Positions 12,684-23,196 of a DNA stretch of 64,000 nucleotides are shown piece after piece (position 1 is the first letter of the stretch; each line of letters opens with the position of its first letter). This DNA comes from Pristiophorus japonicus. Lineage: Eukaryota. The position numbers were made by a program, and so were the translations under genes. Where the stretch lies: assembly GCF_044704955.1 (NCBI RefSeq), contig NC_091999.1, forward strand, positions 49,166,001 through 49,230,000, in the 5' to 3' direction. The notes below the pieces were generated by a model that saw only the letters and a program-made list of their open reading frames with translations, searched no databases and had not been told where the DNA came from.

Positions 12684-13084
12684 GGTTGGACGATCAGTTG
12701 AAGCCTAACCCACACACACAACACATTTGCAGTTTCTCCGCTCTGTGAATGGAGCAATGTTTCTTCAGGCTGTGTAACTGATTAAAGCTCTTTCCACAGG
12801 CAGTGCACTGGAACACTCACTCGGGTGTGTTAGTCTCGGTGCCTTTCCAGTCACACTGTTAATTGCAATATTTTCTCTCAGGCAGGACAGACAAACATTT
12901 CTCCTTCCACTTTCAAAGGCTGATGATATTATGTCCCGATGAATGATTGACTCCGTCAGATCTTGACACGATGTTTGGTTTGTATTTCCTGTCTGAAAAT
13001 CTCCCCTTTTAATACGCAGTAAAAGGAGATAACATAACTCATCACTGTCAGTACAAGACACAAATTCAGGATAGACACATCTAG

Positions 13085-13720
13085 AGTCCAAGTTTCGACA
13101 GGAGTTACTCCTATTGTTTTGGAGTATCGAATAAATCACAATTGTCCACGTTTAGTTTGTTCCACTTTCAGTCAGTTAGTTCAGTTTCTTTTTCCAGCCA
13201 CTTACGCCCATTTTGGCCAGTTAAGCAAGTTTAGACAGCGAACAGTTACTCCAAACTAACTTAGGCCTGAGTCAGTGCTCCCTTTTGTACGCTCAGAAAA
13301 ACCTTGCGAACACTATAGAAATCAGGCGCCGGTAGCCAGAAATAGTGTGCGGCGGAGGGGTTGTGGAGGGATGGGAAGTTGGAGGATTTTCCAAAACAGT
13401 AAGCACTTCACTTGTGAAAATCCAGAAGCATTATCAATAATAAATGGTCAATAACTCAATCAATAAATAAAATTTAAATATAAATTACAAATCAATCAAT
13501 AAATAAAAAATTAAACGTTGCCACCTCACCTACTGCAGCACCTAACCGTTCCGGAACACTTCGAGCCCTCCAGCAGCAAACACAGCCCTGCCTGTCCGAT
13601 TACATTTTCAAGGTTGAAGAGTTCGGGCGGGGTCCCGCCGTGGAAGAGTTCGGGCAGGGCCCGCTGCCAGGGAAGAGTTCGGGAGGGGCGCTCCACCAGG
13701 GAGATGGATGCGTGGGGCCG
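13085..13720. repeat. Dispersed non-coding repeat, probably a non-autonomous element
   Basis: Starts gagtccaagtttcgacaggagttactcc, with an AT-rich core and a GC-rich end. No TIR or TSD was resolved. Confidence 0.3.
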
Positions 13721-14092
13721 CCGAAGAGATAGGGAAGGACGAGACCCTGGAGAGATTTGAACAAGAGAATGCGTATTTTAAAGGCTGATGCCACCAGCCA
13801 TCTCGGCCAGCACAGAATGTAACTCACTACCAAGAGGAAGGATGTTACTTCACCTACGAATGCATAATGCGGGGAAATCAATATCTATCCCTTTAACTAA
13901 CAGCGACATGGAAAGAGGGAAATGAATGACCTTGAAACACCTGATTAACTTGGCACTGAAGTGTCTGAAACTCATAATAGGAACTCCAGGAAAACAAAAT
14001 ACTGACAAATGTTAAATTGTTTTGTTAACAAAAGAAATCTCGATTTAAATTTTAAAAGATGAATTCTTTAACAGGGATTCATATGGACTCAC

Positions 14093-14281
14093 CTGACAGG
14101 CTGACTCAGGATCCACCCCTCAAGCACCACGATTGTTTGTAGAACACGCTGCTCTCTGGGCCCACCGACCCCTGACCTCTCTTCCTGTTGGTTCCCAGGG
14201 CAATCAATCACCACTCGACAACATTATGCTGCCACATTAAGTTGAGAGGCTCGGAGAAAGAAATAAAACAAGGCTGTGAAC
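14093..14281 (-). other. Candidate 189-nt (probably 5' UTR) exon upstream of the ZNF ORF
   Basis: Acceptor tttcttaactcag (AG at 14283-14282) and donor cag|GTGAGT (14092-14087). The inverted copy at 29717-29905 has the same length and both sites. Confidence 0.45.
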
Positions 14282-14309
14282 CTGAGTTAAGAAATACAAT
14301 TAGAAAAGC

Positions 14310-15010
14310 ATGATTAAATAAACAAGGAGAGACAATATAAACTGAAGGGTACAATCCGAAAGGGGTGCATGAAGATTGAGACCTGCGGGTATATGTGCAC
14401 AAATCGCTGAAGGTGGCAGGACAGGTTGAGAAAGCAATTAAAAAAGCTTACAGTATCCTGGGCACCACAGAGTACAAAAGCAAGGAGATTATGATGAACC
14501 TTTGTAAAACACTGGTTCGGTCTCAACTGGAGCATTGTGTCCAATTCTGGGCACCGCAGATTTGGATGTGATGGCCTTAGAGAGGGTGCAGAAAAGATTG
14601 ACAAGAATGATTCACGAGATGAGGGACTTTGGTTACGTGGATAGACTGGAGAAGCTGGGGATGTTCTCCTTGGAGCAGAGAAGGTTGAGAGGAGAATTGA
14701 TAGAAGTGTTCAAAATCATGATGGGTCCGGATATAGTAGATAGAGAGATACTGTTCCCACTGGCAGAAGGGTAGAGAATCAGAGGAGATGGATTTAAGGT
14801 GAATGGCAAAAGAACCAATGGTGACATCACAAAATCTATTTTACACAGCGAGTGGTTAGGATCCGGAATGCATGGCCTGAAAGGGTGGTGAAGACACTCT
14901 CAATCACATCTTTCAAAAAATAAATCTGGATAAGTATCTGAAAAAAATCATTTGCAGGGCCGGGGGAGAGGGTGGGCAGTTGGATTAACTGGCCTTCCGT
15001 GCTGTAACCA
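14310..15010 (+). mobile_element. CR1 3' fragment
   Basis: LVRSQLEHCVQFWAP and ALERVQKRLTRMI..LFPL motifs plus CR1 3' UTR. Confidence 0.85.
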
Positions 15011-15269
15011 TTCTGTGATTGTGTGAGCAGGACCACTCTGTTGCCTGACTCAGTCGAAAGCCGTCCTGATTGTGAGCGCCTCTGTTAAGCCTACCCTGCA
15101 CCTTCACTGCTGCAAGGAAAACCACCCCAGGTGCTGCAGCCATCAACTTATTGAATGGCGGCAGGCTCGAGGGGCCAAAGAGCCGAATCATCTCCTATTT
15201 CTGATGTTCTCATGTATTCATGTCACTGGTCCCCATCCTGCATCTGCCCTGCAGCGGGACAATGGAAAG

Positions 15270-15680
15270 TATTGTGACGTCGAGGAAGCCCCGCCCCTGC
15301 TGCTCCCTGCTCCCCGTGGCGGGCGGACCCGTGCTGCCCAAAGATGGCGGTCGAACTCCCGGCAACCCCCGACAGTAACCAAGGCCCGTCCCCGCCCGAA
15401 GGTGCCGCTCCCGCCGACTCGGCGGCCAAATCTCACCGCCCGTGCATGTCCGTGAGTATGTGAGTCCTCAGCGAGGCTGGGCGCACTGCCTGGGCTGCTC
15501 ATCCATCCTCCGCGGGGCGGGGGGGGGGCAAAACGTCGTCCGTCCACAGCTAATCTCCCACAGTTGACTGGCCCCGAGCCTGTGCAGAACTCCGCCTCAC
15601 CTCACCCGGACCCCGAGCTCAAAGGCTGCGAGGAGAGCCCACCCACAAACCCCGCAACCGCCCGCCCGCAACACTCAGCT
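15270..15680. promoter_or_regulatory. CpG island promoter
   Basis: CRE-like TGACGTC (~15275), GC box GCCCCGCCCC (~15288), YY1 AAGATGGCGG at 15341-15350, and GTGAGT donor-like sites at 15452 and 15460. Confidence 0.65.
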
Positions 15681-16078
15681 CTGGCTGGGTTCATTTCTAC
15701 ACTCACTGGTTCCTCTCCCCTGAAGGTATTGACTCTGGCTGGGTTCAGCTCGACACTCACTGGTTCCCCTCCCCTGAAGGTGCTGACTCTGGCTGGGTTT
15801 AGATCTACACTCACTGGTTCCCTTCCCCTGAAGGTACTGACTCTGGCTGGGTTCAGTTCTACACTCACTGGTTCCCCTCCCCTGAAGGTACTGACTGTGG
15901 CTGGGTTCAGTTCTACACTCACAGGGTCCCCTCCACTGAAGGTACTGACTTTGGCTGCGTTCAGTTCTACACTCACTGGTTTCCCTCCCCTGAAGGTACT
16001 GACTCTGGCTGGGTTTAGTTCGACATTCACTGGTTCTCCTCCCCTGAAGTTACTGACTCCAGCTGGGTTCAGTTCCAG
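15678..16078. repeat. 54-bp minisatellite, ~7 copies
   Basis: Unit ctctggctgggttcagttctacactcactggttcccctcccctgaaggtactga, giving 18-aa periodicity in ORFs 15564..16085 and 15602..16030. Confidence 0.95.
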
Positions 16079-16526
16079 ACATTGACATCATTCACGTTGT
16101 TCCTGCACCGAGATGGCCGCGCATGCGCTGTGCTACTCACTGAATCAAGATTTTGGGGCGCTGAACCTGCCTTCCTGCACGAAGATGGCCGCCGTCAGCC
16201 TGGGCCTGTGACCAGTAGAAAGCCCCGAAGCTGCAACCGCCGATATTCCGGTTATTATTCCGGGCTTGCGGCGAGCACCGGTTGTTTATCAAGCCTCCAC
16301 GACTCCCTGCTGGTCGATTACTCCCCTCCGCCCCGCCGATATGGACACTTCCCATGAACCTCTCAAAAACATGTCTCCTCCGCCATTAAAAACACTGCGC
16401 ATGCACCAAACACTGCCTGGGCCCACGCCTGCGCACTGAGCTCCTGTAGTCTGGGTGCGGCACATTCTCCCCCGCCGGGCATGCTGGGTACATAGGACCA
16501 TGATAAATAGGAGCAGGAGTGGGCCA
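16020..16526. promoter_or_regulatory. CpG-rich promoter-like module, copy B
   Basis: AGATGGC plus GCGCATGCGC at 16119-16128; colinear with 1490-1988. Confidence 0.6.
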
Positions 16527-16815
16527 GAAACTGCACGGTAATATACAGTGTAAAGCTACCTCTACACTGTCCCATCTAACACTGCCAGGATATGTACTGC
16601 ACCGGTTAGATACGGAGTAAAGCTCCCTCGACACTGTCCCATTAAACACTCCCAGTGCAGGTACAGCATGGATTACATACAGAGTGAAGCTCCGTCTACA
16701 CTGTCCCATCAAACACTGCCAGGGCATGTACAGTATCATTTAGATGCAGGGTAAACGTCTCTCTTAACAGCCAATCCAAAAATGCACAGGACAGGCACAA
16801 CACAGATTAGGAACA

Positions 16816-17602
16816 CATCATCATCATCACAGGCAGTCCGTCAAAATCGAGGAAAACTTGCTTATAATCGAAAGGTGAGTTCTTACGTGACTAAACAGTC
16901 CAGTACGGGAATTACATCCTCTGTCACAGGTGGGACAGAAGTCGTTGAACGAAAGGTTGGGTGGGAGTGGTTTGCCGCATGCTCCTCCGCTTGGTTTCTG
17001 CATGCTCTCGGCAATGAGACTCGAGGTGCTCAGAGCCCTCCCGGATGCACTTACTCAACTTAGGGTGAACGTTTGTCAGGGACTCCCAGGTATCGGGGGG
17101 TTGCTGAATTTTATCAAGGGGGCTTGAGGGTGTTGTTGAAAGGTTTCCTCTGCCCATTGTAGGCTCGCTTGCCGTGTAGGAGTTCCGAGAAGAGCCTTGC
17201 TTTGGGAGTCTTGTGTCAGGCATGTGAACAATGTGTCGAGCCAGGGTATCCCTGGAGATTGAGCATGCAGTGTCCACCGGTAGACTCGTGGCCTTCCATG
17301 AGAGGTGAGCACCAGAGAGACTGGAGTGCATCATTCCAGAGGGAACAGAATTGTAATTTTAATTCATTTGATTTGATTTGACAAAAGTTACCTTTATGTT
17401 GAATTGTTAATTTGTATTTTTGGTTCCCTAAAAAAAACCAAGGGGGCACTTTAATGAAAGTTTCTGGAGTGTGAACCCCCTCCACCCTTTAATCATGGGG
17501 AACTTGATTATTGTTCTACTTAAAATAGTTGTGAACAATGTGGCCCACCCAATGAAGCTGGTCGAGTGTGGTCAGTGCTTCGATGCTGGGGATGTTGGCC
17601 TG
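16816..17602 (-). mobile_element. RTE-clade LINE 3' end with (GAT)n tail
   Basis: (cat)n on the + strand at 16816-16829; HIVHMPDTRLPKQ and LDQANIPSIEALTT motifs; homologous to 26411-27065. Confidence 0.85.
17236..17529 (+). mobile_element. 5'-truncated Tx1-like insertion with a 13-bp TSD inside the RTE
   Basis: TSD tgtgaacaatgtg at 17223-17235 and 17530-17542; shares gagaggtg..caccg..g.gactggagtgcatcat with 176-210. Confidence 0.75.
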
Positions 17603-18420
17603 ATCGAGGAAACACCAGGACTGGTTTGATGAGAATGACCAGGAGATGCAAGAGCTAATTAATCGCAAGCACAAGGTATTTCTGAACCTAAAACAACAAC
17701 CCAACTCGGGAGCAGTAAAGCAGCATTACAGACAGCTTAAGGCGGAGGTCCAAGAAAAAAACTGTGAGCGAAAGCATAGATGGTGGCTGGAGAAATCACA
17801 GGAGTTTCAGCAGCTGGCTGACAGTCACGATGTGCGAGGATTCTTCATCGCATTCAAGGCCACCTATGGCCCAAGCACCCAAGGCACCGCCCCACTGCTG
17901 GCCAAGAATGGGGAAACACTCATCAAGGACACTGTGGCAGTCAGGACCCGCTGGAAGGAGCACTTCGAAGATGTCCATAACCGAGACTCTGCCTTTGACT
18001 CGAGTGTCCTCGACTCCATCCAGCAGCATGCTACCCGCCAACATCTCAGCAAAACCTCAGCCCTGCACGAGATAGAAAAGGCCATCCGCCAGCTCAAGAA
18101 CACCAAGGCAATGGGAGCGGATGGAATCCCCGCTGAGGCACTAAAGTATGGTGGAGAGGCAATATTGACATGCATGCATGACCTCATCTCTCTCATCTGG
18201 AAGGAGGAGAGCAGGCCTGGAGATCTCAGAGATGCAGTAATCGTGACCATCTTTAAGAATGGAGACAAGTCCGACTGTGGCAATTACAGATGAGTCTCCC
18301 TGTTACCAGTCACTGGGAAAGTCATCACGAGAATCCTCCTCAACCGTCTTCCCCTGTGGCTGAGGAGCTCCTCCTGAAGTCACAATGTGGATTTCGTCCT
18401 CTACGGAGTACAACGGACAT
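17603..18420 (+). mobile_element. RTE-clade LINE ORF fragment (pre-RT and start of RT), opposite orientation to the adjacent 3' end
   Basis: ORF 17646..18293: RWKEHFED, KAMGADGIPAEALK, IVTIFKNGDKSDCGNYR; continues to QCGFRP. Confidence 0.9.
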
Positions 18421-18493
18421 GGAGTAGATATAGATCAAAGCTCCCTCTACACTGTCCCATCAGACATTCCCAGGGCAAGTACAACATGGGTTA

Positions 18494-21400
18494 TGTTATG
18501 TATGCAACCCAATGTAACCAGCAATCTACTGCGATCAGAGGGCATATCTGTTGGAGTCCCAAGGGATCCCAGCATCCATTAGGAACACTGTATATTAGCA
18601 GGCCTCCCATGCTGTACGTGCACTCTGGAGTTAGAAAAAAGAGACCAAGATCACATTTACTCATGTCTACAGTACTCATTCACATTAATTTATTCTGGAC
18701 ATAACAATTGGCGACGAGATAATGAACCATCATGTGAAAATGCAGAGAACTGTTGATATCCTGGAACAATTCTCAGAAGGGGACGATTGGGAGGTCTTCA
18801 TGCAGCGACTCGACTAATACTTCATGACCATCGAGCTGGCAGGGAATGTGAACGCTGCCAAACAAAGGGCGATCCTCCTCACTCTCTGCGGGGCAACAAC
18901 CTATGGATCATGAAGAATTTTCTTGCTCCGGTGAAACCAACAACCAAATGGTATGAAGAACTGTGTCGGCTGGTCCAGGAGCACCGAAATCCGAAGGAGA
19001 GCATTCTGATGGCAAGGTATCGGTTTTACACATGTCAACGGTCTCAAGGCCAGGAAGTGGTGAGCTACGTCGGCGAAATAACGCACCTTGCAGGACATTG
19101 CGAATTTGATGGATGCCTGGAGTAAATGCTAAGAGATTTTTTGTGCTTAGCATTGGGCATTAGGATATCCTTCGCAAACTGTTGACTGTTGAAACACTGC
19201 ACCTGAGCAAAGGCATAATGATAACCTAGGCATTTATTCCACCAGCGATAACACCAAACAAATTTCGCAACAATCAGATGTTTCGGCAAGTATTGTACAC
19301 AAAGTAACATCGTTTTCAGGCAGGAATGCATATGGCAGAATGTACACGCCTGCAGCTGCATGATCTCAGATGACTCAGAATCTGCCATCAAGCGTTAATG
19401 CGAGGCAGTTAACAGCTTGTTGGCACTGCGGAGCTGATCATCGAGCCCATCAATGCAGCTTCAAACACTATGCGTGCAAAAGCTGTGAAACAATGGGACA
19501 CCTCCAGCGAATGTGCAGATAAGCTGCAAACACTGCACAGCACCACATTGCAGTGGAAGACCGATCCATGGTAGATCAAACAGAACTAGAGACTCAAACC
19601 GAGGAGGCAGAAGTGTACGGGGTACACACCTTCACCACGAAATGTCCACCGATCATGTTAAATGTTGAACTGAACGGAATTCCAGTATCCATAGAATTGG
19701 ACATGGGTACGAGTCAGTCCATCATGAGAAAAGAGCCTTCGACAGGCCCAAGCTGAGCCCCATCACACCAAGCTGAAAACTTACATGAAAGAGCTGATCC
19801 CTGTAATTAACAGCACCGTATTAAAAGTCTGTTATGATGGAACAGTACATGAACTACCACTAAGGATAGTGTCAGGAGATGCCCCCACATTGTTCGGCAG
19901 AAGCTGGCTGCGAAAAATACGCTGGAACTGGGATGACATCCGAGCGCTTTCATCCATCGATGACGCCTCATGTGCCCAGGTTCTGAGCAAGAGTCCATCA
20001 TTGTTTGAGCCAGGGATCGGAAGTTGCTTGAGGGGAAAGGTGCAGATCCACTTGATTCCCGGTACATGACCCATCCATCACAAGGCACGGGGAGTGACAT
20101 ATATGATGCGAGAGAAAGTGGAGATCGAGTGAGACAGACTGCAATGGGAGGACATCATCGCACTGGTGGAGTTCAACGAATGGGCCAGTCAGATTGCTCT
20201 GGTTTTCAAGGGCAATGTCACGGTCAGAATAGGCGGGGACTATAAATTAACGATTAACCATTTTTTGCTGCAGGACCAGTACCAGCAACCCAAGGCAAAC
20301 AAACTATTTGCGACACTGGCAGGAGGAAAGATATTTACCAAATTGGATCTGACCTCGGCCTACATGACACAGGAGCTGGCGGAATCTTAAAAAAAGACCT
20401 CACCTGCATCAACACGCACAAAGGTGTGTTCATCGACATTAGATGCCCATTTGGAATTCGATCGACCGCGGCTATTATTCAAAGGGACATGGAGAATCTG
20501 CTACATTCGGTTCTGCACATCGTGGTTTTCAGGATGATATACTGATCACAGGTTGGGACAACATCGAGCACTTGCAGAACGTGGAAGAGGTTCTAAGTCA
20601 GCGAGATCATGTGGGACTCAGGTTGAAACGCTCGCAGTGTCTTTTCCTGGCGCCAAAGGTCGAGTTCTTAGGGAGAAGAATTGTGGCAGATGGCATCAGA
20701 CTCACTGACGCCAAGATGGAGGCCATGAAGAACGCGCCGAGACCACAGAATGTGACGGAGTTGTGGTCGTTCCTGGGGCTCCTCAATTATTTTGGTAATT
20801 TCCTACCCGGGTTAAGCACCTTGCTAGAACCTCTACACATGTGGCTGCGCAAAGGAAATTATTAGGCACGGGGGAAATCAAAAGATACTGCTTTTGAGAA
20901 AGCCCGAAATCTGTTATATTCCAACAAACTGGTTGTCCTGTATGATCCATGTAAACGTTTAGTGCTAGCTTGCGATGCAACTTTGTACAGGGCCGGGCGG
21001 GTGTTACAATTAGCAAACGAATTGGGAACATTGCAACCGGTCGCCTATGCGACCAGGAGTTTGTCCAAGGCCGAAAGGACCTACAGCATGATTGAAAAAG
21101 TAGCTCTGGCATGCGTTTACGAGGTGAAAAAATGCACCAGTATCTGTTTGGGCTTTAGTTCGAGTTAGAAACTCACCATAAGCCGCTCATATCGCTATTC
21201 ACAGAGAGCAAAGGTATTAAAACCAATGCTTCTGCTCGCATTCAAAGATGGGCGCTCACGCTGTATGCATATAAGTATGTAATTAACCACTGGTCAGGCA
21301 CAGAGAACAGCGCTGATGCCCTCAGTCGGCTACTTTTCCCACCACCGGGATGGAAATGGCGCAGCCTGCAGACTTGCTCTTGATGATGGATGCAATTGAA

Positions 21401-22961
21401 AATGAAAAGTCACCCGTTACAGCCGCCAGATCAGGTCCAGGACCAGCCAGGATCCTTTACTGTCCCTTGTAAAAAGTGTATCCTCCATGGGAGCTGGTCC
21501 AGCGTCCCAGCGGAGATGCATGAAGAGATCAAGCTGTTCCAGCGGAGTAAAGACGAAATGTCCAGACAGACGGACTGTCTTTTGTGGGGTAATCACGTGG
21601 TTTTGCCCAAGAAAGGCAGGGAAATGTTCAAACGCGACCTATACTGTGCCCACCAAGGCATAGTAATGATGAAAGCTATAGCCAGACACTATGTGTGGTG
21701 GCCCAATATAGACTCAGATTTGGAGTCTTGTGTGCGCCAATGCACCACTTGCTCGCAACTGAGCAGTGCACCCAGGGCACCCAAGTTTGTGGTCATGGCC
21801 CTCCAAACCGTGGTCTAGGATTCACGTTAACTTTGCTGGCCCATTTCTAGGCAAAATGTTCTTCGTTCTTGTGGATGTTTATTCTAACTGGATTGAGTGT
21901 GTAATAATGTCTGTAAGCACGTCCACTGCCATCCTCGAAAACCTACCAGCCACGCACGGCCTGCCTGATGTCCTTGTCAGCGACAATGGGCCATGATTCA
22001 CCAGCGCTGAATTCAAGGAATTCATGACACGCAATGGGATCAAGCACATCACATCTGCCCCGTTCAAGCCCGCATCCAATGGCCAGACAGAACGTGCAGT
22101 CCAAACCATCAAGCAAAGCTTGAAACACATGTCAAAAGGCTGCCTGCAGACCCACCTGTCCGAGTCCTGCTCAGCCACTGCATCAGACACCATGCTCTCA
22201 CCGGGGTTCCCCAGCTGAGCTGCTCCTGAAAAGGGTGCTCAAAACAAGGCTTTCTCTCGTTCACCCTGATCTCCATGATCAAGTCGAGGGCAGGAGGCAT
22301 CAACAAAGCATGTTCTGTGGTCTCACAAATTTGTAACGCAATATTGATGTCAATGACCCTGTATTTGTACTCAACTATGGACATGGTCCCAAATAGCTTG
22401 CTGGCACTGTCATAACCAAAGAAGGGAGGAGGGTGTTTCAGGTCAAACTCGCAAATGGAATAACTTGCAGAAAGCATTTGGACCAAACAAAACTGCGATT
22501 CACAGACAGCCACAAGCAACCAACTTCGGCCCTCCGAAGCACACACAAGTTGCAACCAACATCATTGCAGACCACGAAGCTGAACTCATCATCCCCAGCA
22601 GCCCAGCAAGGTCAGCTGCGCAGCAGCCCAGCGAAGAATCAACCAACTCACCTGCATCTGCATTTGTACTGAGATGATCGGCTCAGGAGCAAAAAGCCCC
22701 AGATCGTCTCAACTTGCAAATAAGTGTCCTGTTGACTTTTGGAGGGAGTGATATTATGTATGCAACCCTATGTAACCAGAATTCTACCACCACCACAGGG
22801 CGTATCTGTTGGAGTCCCAAGAGATCCCAGCGTCCCTTGGGAGCACTGTATATAAGCAGACCTTCCATGTTGTACGTGCACTCTGAAGTTAGAATAAAGA
22901 GACAGGTCACACTTACTCACATCGACAGTACTCAATCATATTACTTTTTCTGGACTTAACA
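18494..22961 (+). mobile_element. Full-length but degenerate Gypsy/Ty3 (Mag-like) LTR retrotransposon, 4468 bp
   Basis: LTRs at 18494-18706 (TG..CA) and 22752-22961; TSD GGTTA at 18489-18493 and 22962-22966. PBS TGGCGACGAG at 18709-18718 (tRNA-Ser GCU 3' end); PPT ggagggagtga. Gag with CCHC knuckles (~19420-19520), protease (ELDMG), RT (FQDD), RNase H (LACDA) and integrase (WSRIHVNFAGP, VSDNGP, SNGQTER). Many stops. Confidence 0.95.
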
Positions 22962-23196
22962 GGTTAAATATAGAATAAAGCTCCCTCTATACTGTGACAC
23001 CAAACGTTTCCAGTGCAAGTACAGCACAGGGTAGACACAGACTACATCTGCCTCTAACTTGTCCCAGCCATTCCAGGGCAGATACAGATCTGTTAGATGT
23101 CGAGAAAATCTCCCTCTATACTGTTCCAGCGGATATTCGCAGTACAGGTGCAGCACGGGTGAGATACAGAGTAAAGCTCCCTCTACACTGTACCAC

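Larger units (their letters stand above)
13730..15060. repeat. Segment duplicated in inverted orientation at ~28920-30160
   Basis: For example 13741 gagaccctggagagatttgaa vs ~30128-30148 ttcaaatctctccagggtctc, and 15001 gctgtaaccattctgtgattgtgtgagcag vs 28942-28971. Confidence 0.9.
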
